In this document: one piece after another, positions 1-8,263 of the stretch | Numbering within the stretch: position 1 is the first letter of the stretch | How the letters are laid out: each line of letters opens with the position of its first letter | IMG/VR virus record: IMGVR_UViG_3300037424_000375 | Location: 1-26,157 of that record | Length of the DNA: 26,157 nucleotides | Source: a virus | Lineage: Duplodnaviria; Caudoviricetes | Direction: 5' to 3' (one strand) | Position numbers and translations under genes: made by a program | Notes under the pieces: generated by a model | Database searches by the model: none | What the model saw: only the letters and a program-made list of their open reading frames with translations | What the model was told of the DNA's origin: nothing

Positions 1-31
1 GGAAATAGGCACATAAGGAGGGAGGAAATCA

Positions 32-973
32 GTGGCAAAAAGAGGAAGACCTACCAACGAAGAGGCAAGGGTGGCCGAACTCAGCGTGAAAGAAAAAGGC
101 GACCTCATCGAATTCGGTAAGGGCCTGCTGAAAGAAGAGAATGAAAAACTGAAGGAGAAACTGTCCCTATCTCCGTGGATATTCGAAATGGCGGGCAAAA
201 TCGAGGGCATGATGTTTACGGAGGTCCAGGCGAGATGTTTCAAGGTCCTATTTCTAAAAAAGGTGAAGGAAGCAAAGGACTACCGCGAGATCTATGGGAT
301 GACCTGGGAGCAGTTCTGCGAGCACCTTAAAATCAGCAAAAGAACAGCCGATAGTTGGCTGGATGAGCTGGGGCCATTCACGACGGAGTTTTTGGCAAAC
401 TTTGCCAATTTTTCCGGGTACGATTTGAATAAATTCAAGTACTTAGCCCTGGCAAAATTGGCAAACATTGCCAATTTTGGGGATAACAGCATCATCCACA
501 AGGGCGAGGAAATTCCACTCACCGATGAATTCAGGGACCAAATTCATGCCGCCTTCGCGGACATTATTGACGAGCTGAAGAAGCTCCACGAGGACCGCGA
601 TCTTGAGCGACGCACGCACGATCGGCGCTTAGCCGAGGATAGGAAGCACAGAGAAAAGCTGGAGCATGCCCTCTCAAAGCTGGAAAAAGAGGCGGCGCGA
701 AAGGGAATGTCGGCCGAGGACGATGCCTTTCTGAAACAGATGGAGATCCGCCGTAGGGGGTTCGATGGATACATGATGGGCGTCGATCCCCAAAATTTCC
801 TGGACGCAAAAGAGAAAGGCGAATTTTCTCCTCGGATGGTTGCCTCTTATCTTTCAACGCTTGATTACATGCGCAAGCAGATCCTGGCAGCTTACGACAC
901 AGCGATTCAGATTTACGGCAACCCCGTCATCGCGCCCGAGAAGGCGTGGCGTCCCGGGGTAACACTATCTTGA
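32..973 (+). CDS. Early protein upstream of the transposase, DUF3102-like, putative DNA binding, with a coiled-coil C-terminal half
   Basis: GGAGG RBS before GTG; 'WEQFCEHLKISKRTADSWL' HTH-like segment; position directly before transposase A as in B3/Mu-like phages. Confidence 0.55.
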   Translation: MAKRGRPTNEEARVAELSVKEKGDLIEFGKGLLKEENEKLKEKLSLSPWIFEMAGKIEGMMFTEVQARCFKVLFLKKVKEAKDYREIYGMTWEQFCEHLKISKRTADSWLDELGPFTTEFLANFANFSGYDLNKFKYLALAKLANIANFGDNSIIHKGEEIPLTDEFRDQIHAAFADIIDELKKLHEDRDLERRTHDRRLAEDRKHREKLEHALSKLEKEAARKGMSAEDDAFLKQMEIRRRGFDGYMMGVDPQNFLDAKEKGEFSPRMVASYLSTLDYMRKQILAAYDTAIQIYGNPVIAPEKAWRPGVTLS

Positions 974-983
974 GGAGGGAAAC

Positions 984-2732
984 ATGTGGCAGGAAGACCT
1001 TGCGTCTGAGCTCGCCTCATCAAAACCCTCTGAGCGCAGGCAGATTTTATCTCATTATCAGAAAATGTCGGGCCGGACGAAACAGAGTCTTTATCGCATT
1101 GCCGCTTGTTATGGGTTCGATGCGGAAAGAAGAAGCAGGGCTGACCGGGACAAATCGAAATCCGAGCTAACACCGGAGCAAGTTGAGTTCGTCGCGGCCC
1201 TGATCTACGAGACGCGGCGCGAAGTGAAAGGACCGATTATGCCCGTGGCCAGGGCCATCCAGATCGCAGAGGACAGCGGCATCATCCAACCCGGCCAGGT
1301 TGCTCCATCAACGATGAATGGCCTGCTCAGGCGAAGACAGATATCAAAGACGCATCAGAAAGCTGAACCTCCTCATACGTCCATGCGCTCGCTTCATCCG
1401 AACCATGTCCATGTCTTCGATGCTTCGGTCTGTATCCAATATTACCTAAAGAGCGGCGGTCTCGCCGTGATCGACGAGCGGGAGTTCTATAAGAACAAGC
1501 CAGACAACTTTAAGAAAATCAAGGAGCGAATCCTTCGTTATGTCATCACCGATCATTTCTCGGGGACTTTCTACTTCCGATACTACAACACCACGGGTGA
1601 GACGCAGGCCAATCTTTGGGATTTTTTGAAGGAGGCGTGGACCGGAATTGGTTCGGAGAAATTCCCGTTTCGCGGTGTGCCGTTCGAATTGCTGATGGAT
1701 ACGGGCGCCGCGAACAAGGCAAAAGCTATGACGACGTTTCTCAATCGGGGATTAGACGTAAAGACACCCGAGGGGATGCCCTACAACGCGCGCAGACAGG
1801 GGTCGGCGGAGAGCACCCATAACATTATAGAGGAGTGGTTCGAATCGGGCCTCCGGATCCAGCCGGCGACGTGTGAAGACGAAATGAATGTGTGGGCCAG
1901 GGACTTCATGATCTGGTATAACGCCACGCAAAATCACACACGTCATGGTCTGCCGAGAATCCAGTGCTGGCTCCTTATTCAGGAGGGTCAGCTTCGGGAG
2001 ATCCCGGAGGAGCGTATTCTCCAGGATCTCTGGGCAAATCCAGAGGAAGAGCGGACGGTGAGCGGGGACTGTACGATCAGCTTTCAGGGCAAGGACTATA
2101 ATCTCAAATATATTCCCGGCCTATTTCGCGGGGCGAAGGTGATGGTAATCAAGAAACCCTTCAGGCTCCCCAGGATCGACGTTTCCTATAACGAGCAGAT
2201 CTATGAGGCCTCGCCCGTGGAGATGCTGCCGGCGGAGCTCGGGGGCTTCAGGGCCGACGCGGCGATCATCGGGCAGGAATACAAATCGCCTCCGGAGACG
2301 CTCACCCAGCAGGCCATCAAGCGATTCGACAACATGGCCTATGGTGAGGACCCTTTGACCGTTCGACAGGCTCACGGCTCAGGGCGAACGGCACATAAGA
2401 ATCAGGTCCCATTTGCCGGTCTCAAAGTTTTCGGCCATCAGGCCGATAAGGTCGGGAACCTATCATTTATAGAGAAGCGGGGAACTCCCATTGAAGTCGA
2501 TCACGCGATTGCCGAGACGCAAATCTCCTTCACCGAGTTTTTGAAAAGGCTGATTCAGCGGGTGGGGCCGATCTCAAAGGAGATGAACCAGGAGCTGAGG
2601 GGGAAATACGGAGAGGCGATCAGCGTTGAGGAAGCGGAACGCGTAATTAATGACGCGGAGACCCGCCTACATCAAGATTTCGGCGCGGCAGGCGGCGACA
2701 CGGAGAAAAAGGCAATAGGCAATGGTCAATGA
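984..2732 (+). CDS. Mu-like DDE transposase (transposase A)
   Basis: GAGGAGG RBS; 'HPNHVHVFDASV', 'ITDHFSG', 'GVPFELLMDTGAAN', 'NARRQGSAESTHNIIE' integrase-core motifs; C-terminal 'RTVSGDCTISFQGKDY' Mu-transposase beta-barrel. Confidence 0.93.
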   Translation: MWQEDLASELASSKPSERRQILSHYQKMSGRTKQSLYRIAACYGFDAERRSRADRDKSKSELTPEQVEFVAALIYETRREVKGPIMPVARAIQIAEDSGIIQPGQVAPSTMNGLLRRRQISKTHQKAEPPHTSMRSLHPNHVHVFDASVCIQYYLKSGGLAVIDEREFYKNKPDNFKKIKERILRYVITDHFSGTFYFRYYNTTGETQANLWDFLKEAWTGIGSEKFPFRGVPFELLMDTGAANKAKAMTTFLNRGLDVKTPEGMPYNARRQGSAESTHNIIEEWFESGLRIQPATCEDEMNVWARDFMIWYNATQNHTRHGLPRIQCWLLIQEGQLREIPEERILQDLWANPEEERTVSGDCTISFQGKDYNLKYIPGLFRGAKVMVIKKPFRLPRIDVSYNEQIYEASPVEMLPAELGGFRADAAIIGQEYKSPPETLTQQAIKRFDNMAYGEDPLTVRQAHGSGRTAHKNQVPFAGLKVFGHQADKVGNLSFIEKRGTPIEVDHAIAETQISFTEFLKRLIQRVGPISKEMNQELRGKYGEAISVEEAERVINDAETRLHQDFGAAGGDTEKKAIGNGQ

Positions 2733-2799
2733 AAACATCTCTGTAATCGTGTTTTTTAAATCGGCGTAATCACGCGAAGCGGAAAGGAGGTGAAACCGA

Positions 2800-4053
2800 A
2801 TGACTACAAGTGGAGTCGCAGGACGCAAGGCGTATCAGATGCCGGAGAAGACCATCCTTTTAAAAGAGCTTATTTTGCAGTGCGGCATCAACCAGGCCGC
2901 AATCTCGGAAGCGGCGGATGTTTCCCGGACCTTACTTAATCTCACTCTAAATAGGGGTTACATCCCGCCCACATCCAAGGGTTTTCAAAAGAAAATTGAA
3001 AATTATATTTCCAGGAATCAAAAAGCCATGCACTGGCTCATCGAGCGCGGGCTCCAGGTCAGCGACATCTGGACCTCGGTCGACGCCCCGATCAAAAAGC
3101 ACCGCATGCCAGCGGGCCAGGGAGCGAAGGTCGCCGCCGGGTACAAAAAACAAGCATTCGTTCAGGGCGATCCCTCGAAGATCGTCATTCATTGGGAGGT
3201 TGAAATGATCACAGCAGAGGCAATGAAACACTACAAGGTTTTTCGTAACCCGTTTATTGACGACATTCAGAAAGACTCGGATATCTATATGTCCGAGGAG
3301 CACCGCTACATCGAGGCCGCCATGATCGATTGCGCGCGGCACGGCGGATTTCTGGCCGTGATCGGCGAGGTCGGGTCCGGCAAATCGGTCATGAGGCGGA
3401 AAGTCGTCGAGCAGCTCCGGAAGGACGGAGACGTGCTCATCATCTATCCTCAGATCATTGACAAGACCCGTCTCAACGCGAGCTCGATCTGCGACGCCAT
3501 CATCATGGACATCTCCAGCGACAAGCCCAAGATCAAGCTCGAGCAAAAGACCAGGCAGTGCCAGAAGCTTCTCCTGGAGAGGTCGAAGCAAAACTTCCGA
3601 AGCTGCCTGATGATCGAAGAGGCCCACGATGTCAACATCAATACCTTGAAATATCTCAAACGGTTCTACGAGATGGAGGACGGCTACAGAAAGCTCCTGG
3701 GCATCGTCCTGATCGGGCAGACGGAGCTGAAGCACGCCTTTAACGAGGCCCAGCACGTGGACCTGCGCGAGGTGATCCGGCGCGTCCAGATTGCCGAGAT
3801 AGCGGGCCTGAATGGCCACATCAAGGAATATCTGAATCTGAAATTCAAGCGCGTCGGGGCCGAGCTGGATAAGATCTTCACGACAGAGGCGCTGACGGCC
3901 CTGGGGAAAAGGCTCACGTCGATGGACCGGCAGAGTAAAAGGATCTCTCACGCCTATCCGCTGCTCGTCAATAACTACGCGGCCAAAGCCATGAACATGG
4001 CGTGCGAGATGGGCGAGACGCGGGTCACGGAAGACGTGGTGATGGCGATTTGA
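2800..4053 (+). CDS. Transposition ATPase (MuB-equivalent, ExeA/AAA_22 family) with an N-terminal HTH domain
   Basis: AAGGAGGT RBS; Walker A 'GEVGSGKS', Walker B 'LMIEEAH', 'VLIGQTEL'; directly follows the transposase. Confidence 0.92.
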   Translation: MTTSGVAGRKAYQMPEKTILLKELILQCGINQAAISEAADVSRTLLNLTLNRGYIPPTSKGFQKKIENYISRNQKAMHWLIERGLQVSDIWTSVDAPIKKHRMPAGQGAKVAAGYKKQAFVQGDPSKIVIHWEVEMITAEAMKHYKVFRNPFIDDIQKDSDIYMSEEHRYIEAAMIDCARHGGFLAVIGEVGSGKSVMRRKVVEQLRKDGDVLIIYPQIIDKTRLNASSICDAIIMDISSDKPKIKLEQKTRQCQKLLLERSKQNFRSCLMIEEAHDVNINTLKYLKRFYEMEDGYRKLLGIVLIGQTELKHAFNEAQHVDLREVIRRVQIAEIAGLNGHIKEYLNLKFKRVGAELDKIFTTEALTALGKRLTSMDRQSKRISHAYPLLVNNYAAKAMNMACEMGETRVTEDVVMAI

Positions 4054-4092
4054 TCCTTCGACAGGCTCAGGATGACGCGGAGACGCGGGGAA

Positions 4093-4130
4093 ACGCCCCT
4101 CAAAACACTGGGGCCGCTAACGCGGGCGAC
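4093..4130 (+). repeat. Double-hairpin repeat, copy 1
   Basis: ACGCCCCTCAAAACACTGGGGCCGCTAACGCGGG; related copies at 7458 and 7731. Confidence 0.85.
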
Positions 4131-4149
4131 GCGGAGAAGGAGAAAAGAA

Positions 4150-4497
4150 ATGACAAGAGAAAATGAGAACAAAAGAGTTTTTGGAGATAATCCCGTGACT
4201 CGAATGAATACCTTTGAAAAGCTGACATCGTTGAAGCAAACGGGAAAGCGGCCTGAGACCTCAGCGATTCTCACGACGCCGGAATCGATCGTCAGAGAGC
4301 ATCGGGCGCAGGTCCTGCAATCCCGGGGCCCCATCCTGGGCCGTGCCCCGGAGCCAGTGCCCTGGCAGGCGAGAATCGACTGGGACTTTGTGCTGAAGAT
4401 GATCAGCTATGCCTGCGGCGTTGCCCTGGGCCTCGTCGGGATCTATATGCTGGCGTGGGTTTTGATTCCGTTTTTGCAGATGATCAGATGGCAATAG
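4150..4497 (+). CDS. Hypothetical protein with a C-terminal transmembrane helix
   Basis: AAGGAG RBS at ~4137 and ATG 4150; hydrophobic 'ISYACGVALGLVGIYMLAWVLIPFL'. Confidence 0.65.
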   Translation: MTRENENKRVFGDNPVTRMNTFEKLTSLKQTGKRPETSAILTTPESIVREHRAQVLQSRGPILGRAPEPVPWQARIDWDFVLKMISYACGVALGLVGIYMLAWVLIPFLQMIRWQ

Positions 4498-4805
4498 ACA
4501 GAAAAAAGCCAATGGCCGATAGCCGGGGGGCAGACGACATGGGGGACCAGGTGGAGGAAGGCTTGAAAGTTCAGTTTGACAAAAAGGCCAAATTGCCTAT
4601 TGACGACGACATCGGGGTCCAGGTGGAGGAAGGCTTGAAAGAGTATTTCTTCTGTGCTCTTAGAAAAAGCAAACCGAGGATCTCCGTGGCGGTCTGCCAT
4701 CAGAAACGATGCTTATTCCTGGAATCCGAGGGCGGCAAATTCAAATGCAGCTACCGCAACTATGTCGATCCGAAAAAGACAGGAGGGAAGAGTGCCTCAA
4801 ACTAA
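4488..4805 (+). CDS. Hypothetical Cys-containing protein with an internal sequence duplication
   Basis: Start overlaps the end of the previous gene; DDxGxQVEEGLK occurs twice; four Cys in the C-terminal half. Confidence 0.55.
   Translation: MAIDRKKPMADSRGADDMGDQVEEGLKVQFDKKAKLPIDDDIGVQVEEGLKEYFFCALRKSKPRISVAVCHQKRCLFLESEGGKFKCSYRNYVDPKKTGGKSASN
4533..4641 (+). repeat. 37-bp direct repeat pair separated by 35 bp (CRISPR mini-array-like)
   Basis: GACGACATGGGGGACCAGGTGGAGGAAGGCTTGAAAG (4533-4569) and GACGACATCGGGGTCCAGGTGGAGGAAGGCTTGAAAG (4605-4641), 2 mismatches. The repeat is directly visible; CRISPR function is uncertain. Confidence 0.85.
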
Positions 4806-5037
4806 AGACGACACAGCGCGTGGCGAGGATGGGCGATATTACATCGCGTGTCCGAAGCGGAACAAAAGCCGGATTCCGCTCACGAAATGTTTCGGATGCG
4901 AGTTCGCAGCGGGCAGCGCAGGCGATCAGCAAATAGAGATTGGGTGTAGCTTTCCACATATGACAAAGCCCTGGCGACGGAAGGGTTCGAGGAGACCCAC
5001 ACGCCGCGCAAGCGCTGGCGCTGCGGGGGGTAAATAA
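4792..5037 (+). CDS. Hypothetical Cys-rich (possibly Zn-binding) protein
   Basis: GGAGG RBS and GTG 4792; 'CPK...KCFGCEF...IGC'. Confidence 0.55.
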   Translation: MPQTKDDTARGEDGRYYIACPKRNKSRIPLTKCFGCEFAAGSAGDQQIEIGCSFPHMTKPWRRKGSRRPTRRASAGAAGGK

Positions 5038-5165
5038 AATATCGAGGGACGGTTTGTCCTGAAAGTGGAGGTTTTAGATGTTGGCCCATTTCATTCTTTT
5101 GAAAAGTCTTATGACCGGGTCGTCATGGCCGGATTCCTGAACGATTACTACAAAAGGAGGAAAGT

Positions 5166-5435
5166 ATGAACAATAACGGCAAGCAAAAAATAACAGCGAT
5201 AGAGAGGCTTGATCACACGGCCTTCGCAGTGGGGACGAACTTCAAGAAGCGAAATTTCGATTCACTGAAGGACCTGAAAGAATTCGCCGACAGATGCGGA
5301 TATGAGATCAACATCGAGCATTCGCATGGGGCGGGCCTCTGTCTCGAAGTTTTAGAGAAAGAGGAGACAAGAAGAGGGGGAGATGCGGCGACAAGAGTGC
5401 CGGTTCTACGGAGCGTTTGTACGGGGGTAAGATGA
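5166..5435 (+). CDS. Hypothetical protein
   Basis: AAGGAGG RBS; co-oriented ORF in the operon. Confidence 0.6.
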   Translation: MNNNGKQKITAIERLDHTAFAVGTNFKKRNFDSLKDLKEFADRCGYEINIEHSHGAGLCLEVLEKEETRRGGDAATRVPVLRSVCTGVR

Positions 5436-5441
5436 CGGTTT

Positions 5442-5660
5442 ATGATCACTGACACCGACCAAAAAGTAAAGATTTTTCTGGAATCCTGGAACCTCCGGGA
5501 CGGCGAGCTGGACACGAAGGCATCGTGCGCGGTGTGCGGCAGGGATCTCGTCGATGGGAAATTCGGCCTGATTGACGGGGTCTTGGTTTGTTTGGAATGC
5601 CGTGGTCGTGATTTAAATGGAGAGAGCGGTTCGGCACGATCACGGTCCCAGTCAGTTTAG
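5442..5660 (+). CDS. Small Zn-finger-like protein
   Basis: CAVC...CLEC pairs. Confidence 0.6.
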   Translation: MITDTDQKVKIFLESWNLRDGELDTKASCAVCGRDLVDGKFGLIDGVLVCLECRGRDLNGESGSARSRSQSV

Positions 5661-5677
5661 GGGCAAGGAAAAAATCA

Positions 5678-6526
5678 ATGACCGCTGCCTTTCCATATAT
5701 CGGTGGAAAGAATCGAATCGCCCCTCAAATCAGCGTCTATTTGCACGCGACTGGCGGGGATTGCCTGGTTGATGTTTTTGGGGGGAGCGCGGCAGTGCTT
5801 CTCAACTCTGGATTTGAGAAACGAGTTTACAATGATATCGACGGCGACCTGGTGAACTTGTTCAAGGTGATCGGCGACGATCATTTCCGGCCAGCGCTTC
5901 TCAAACTAATCCGGCTTACTCCTCCATCGAGAGAGATCTTTGAGGACCATTACAGAGATTATGTGGCGCATGGTTTATCTTTCGGTCACGTAAGCGATCC
6001 GGTTGAGAGAGCCTTCAGGATCTTCTACAGGCTTCAGTTCGCTTTCGGCGGCAAATTGAGATCCGGAGGTTTCACGCTCAGCACCGGCGACAGAACCACG
6101 ATCAAAGAGATTCTCAGGTATCGGAATTCTTTGAAGCGACTGGCGGGGCTGGCTGGGTTCTTTAGAGATACGGCGATTGAGCATCTGGATTTTTCGGAAT
6201 GTATCAGCATTTACGGGCGACGCTCTGGTGTGGTTCTCTTTGTCGATCCGCCTTATATCGGCACCGAAAATTATTATTCCAGGCAACTCTCAAGGGCCGA
6301 TCATGCTTTTTTAGCCCATCAGTTGGCCTGCTGTAAGGCCCCCGTCGTCTGCACCTATTATGACGCTCCGGAAATCCGGGAGCTATATTCCGAGGCCAAA
6401 TGGCAATGGTCGCCAATAGAGACGATCAAGAACAGCCAGAGAAAAGGCGGACAAAACAAAGCGATAGAATGGGTCCTGAGCAGGAAAACGGCCATAGCGA
6501 ATGACAGAAAACCTAACCCCACTTGA
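5678..6526 (+). CDS. DNA adenine methyltransferase (Dam/D12 class)
   Basis: 'FPYIGGK', motif I 'VDVFGGSAAV', 'YNDID', catalytic 'DPPY'. Confidence 0.93.
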   Translation: MTAAFPYIGGKNRIAPQISVYLHATGGDCLVDVFGGSAAVLLNSGFEKRVYNDIDGDLVNLFKVIGDDHFRPALLKLIRLTPPSREIFEDHYRDYVAHGLSFGHVSDPVERAFRIFYRLQFAFGGKLRSGGFTLSTGDRTTIKEILRYRNSLKRLAGLAGFFRDTAIEHLDFSECISIYGRRSGVVLFVDPPYIGTENYYSRQLSRADHAFLAHQLACCKAPVVCTYYDAPEIRELYSEAKWQWSPIETIKNSQRKGGQNKAIEWVLSRKTAIANDRKPNPT

Positions 6527-6896
6527 AGCAACGATCATGGGAGTCCTCGAAGGCCACAAGGGGATGGAGAACTCGGTCTCTAAAAAAGACCTGGTCGACC
6601 GGGTGAATCAGCACTGGCCGCTCTTTCCTGTTTGCGAGCGGACCATCCGGCTAACGATCAAACACCTGGTCGAATCTCACGGCCAATGGATCGGCTCCTC
6701 TCCTAAAGGATATTTCATGGTCCAGACGGACCAGGAGCTCCTGGGCGTCTGCAAATACTATCGGGGCTACGGGTTGAGCGCCCTTCACATCGAGGCAAAG
6801 CTCAGGAAAATCAGCCTGCCGACGCTGTTAGGGCAGCTCTCGATAGAGTTCGAAACGGAGAATCGGAGACGCGGGGACGCGGAGACAAAAAGATGA
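6501..6896 (+). CDS. Winged-helix DNA-binding protein
   Basis: 'ERTIRLTIKHLV...IGSSPKGYF' pattern common in phage wHTH proteins. Confidence 0.7.
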   Translation: MTENLTPLEATIMGVLEGHKGMENSVSKKDLVDRVNQHWPLFPVCERTIRLTIKHLVESHGQWIGSSPKGYFMVQTDQELLGVCKYYRGYGLSALHIEAKLRKISLPTLLGQLSIEFETENRRRGDAETKR

Positions 6897-6920
6897 TTCA
6901 GTACCTGGGGGAGGAAAAAG

Positions 6921-7439
6921 ATGACACTAACCGAAATCGAAAAACTGGCGAAGGATCTGGAGGACGCTCGTCTCAACCTGCGGGAAAGTCTTGATGACCT
7001 CGAGACCGAGGTATTGGCGATCAAGAAGAAATTCATCTCCGCGATCCGGCGGGCCGTTGAAAAAGCGGCACAGCGCCACGAGGCGCTGCGCGAGGCCATC
7101 TCCGAGGCCCCGGATTTGTTTGTCAAACCGAAGACCGTTATCTTTCACGGCATCCGGCTGGGCTACATGAAGGGCAAGGGAGATATTGCCTGGGAAGATA
7201 CCGCGCAGGTCGTGAAGCTCATCAAGAAAAACTTCCCGGATTCCGTCGATATGCTCCTGAAAATTACGGAGACGCCGGTTAAAACCGCGCTGGCAGCCCT
7301 GAGCGTGTCTGACCTCAAGAAGATCGGGGTGACTGTGGTCGAGACTGGCGACGAGGTCTTCATCAAGCCGACGGACTCCGAGATCGACAAGATGATCAGC
7401 GCGCTTTTGAAGGACGAAGAGCTGAATCGGGCAGCATGA
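6921..7439 (+). CDS. gam: Mu Gam-like host-nuclease inhibitor (DNA end protection)
   Basis: GGAGG RBS; N-terminal coiled coil, 'KPKTVIFHGIRLGYMKG', 'LKKIGVTV...DEVFIKP'. Confidence 0.85.
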   Translation: MTLTEIEKLAKDLEDARLNLRESLDDLETEVLAIKKKFISAIRRAVEKAAQRHEALREAISEAPDLFVKPKTVIFHGIRLGYMKGKGDIAWEDTAQVVKLIKKNFPDSVDMLLKITETPVKTALAALSVSDLKKIGVTVVETGDEVFIKPTDSEIDKMISALLKDEELNRAA

Positions 7440-7457
7440 AAAGCCTGACGCGGTGAC

Positions 7458-7495
7458 ACGCCCCTCAAAACATTGGGGCCACTTTCGTGGGAGAT
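7458..7495 (+). repeat. Double-hairpin repeat, copy 2
   Basis: ACGCCCCTCAAAACATTGGGGCCACTTTCGTGGGAGAT. Confidence 0.85.
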
Positions 7496-7501
7496 AGGGC
7501 G

Positions 7502-7714
7502 ATGGGGAGTATCAAACTCATTGATCGAGCGGACGACAGTTTTGTGATGCGGATCTCTGACAGTATGGGAAATCCGCTGAGCCAAAAGCTCCTCGGAATT
7601 ACCCGGGGCATCAAAGGAGGCCCACCGTTGAAGCGCAGGATTCCCAAGGTTGGCAGAAACGATCCCTGCCCATGCGGCAGCGGGAAGAAATATAAAAAGT
7701 GTTGTCTGAGGTAA
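7502..7714 (+). CDS. SEC-C motif protein
   Basis: '[20 protein letters not shown]'. Confidence 0.85.
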   Translation: MGSIKLIDRADDSFVMRISDSMGNPLSQKLLGITRGIKGGPPLKRRIPKVGRNDPCPCGSGKKYKKCCLR

Positions 7715-7730
7715 ACCAGATAGGGGAGAT

Positions 7731-7768
7731 CGGCCCGCAAAAGACTGGGGCCACTAAGGGTGGGAGAT
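7731..7768 (+). repeat. Double-hairpin repeat, copy 3
   Basis: CGGCCCGCAAAAGACTGGGGCCACTAAGGGTGGGAGAT. Confidence 0.75.
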
Positions 7769-7960
7769 ATGGAGAAGAGGGAAAGGAAAATCGGGTCATT
7801 GGCGAATCATAAGGGCATTGTTATAGCGATGGATAGTCGTGATGGAATGATAACACTGACGGCGAAGGAGGCATTTGGATTAATCGGCGATATAAGAAAG
7901 TCCCTCTTTGACTGGAACAAACTAACGGGAAGAAAAAACGATGAACCGGCATGCCATTGA
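7769..7960 (+). CDS. Hypothetical protein
   Basis: GGGAG RBS and ATG 7769. Confidence 0.5.
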   Translation: MEKRERKIGSLANHKGIVIAMDSRDGMITLTAKEAFGLIGDIRKSLFDWNKLTGRKNDEPACH

Positions 7961-7993
7961 TGGGGATGAATATTTTGCATCTGGGGGCCAGAG

Positions 7994-8263
7994 ATGATTG
8001 ATCTGCGGACGGCACTAATAATCCAGAACAATGAGGTACGTTGTGAGGCGGGAGGGCCAGACCCAGAGACCAAGAAATTCGTTGGTTGGATAATGCGGGA
8101 TGTGGAAAGATGGGAGCCGCTTTTGAATACACAACCGATATTCGAAACCGCCGACGAGGCGCGGAAGGCGATGAATGATCTGGTGATCGCCATTAGGGGA
8201 ATCGATCTGAGCAAAGCGATTGATAACCTATCCTCGATGCTTGAGGGGAAAGGCCAGCGATGA
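7994..8263 (+). CDS. Hypothetical protein
   Basis: ATGA overlap with the downstream ASCH gene. Confidence 0.6.
   Translation: MIDLRTALIIQNNEVRCEAGGPDPETKKFVGWIMRDVERWEPLLNTQPIFETADEARKAMNDLVIAIRGIDLSKAIDNLSSMLEGKGQR

Noticed and set aside
2947-3951. Long minus-strand ORFs (also 10416-11327, 13814-14659, 16060-16824, 18319-19269, 19775-20683, 23330-24010)
   Set aside because: Antisense shadows of well-supported + strand genes, explained by codon bias; no motifs or RBS.
5038-5169. Open frame continuing after the TAA of 4792-5037 to an ATGA overlap at 5166; also a 20-aa ORF from 5078 with a GGAGG RBS
   Set aside because: Cannot decide between a nonsense-truncated gene and a tiny ORF; no recognisable motif.
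7502-7714. SEC-C motif read as secA or as selenocysteine-related
   Set aside because: It is only the short Zn-binding motif named after the SecA C-terminus and has no link to selenocysteine.
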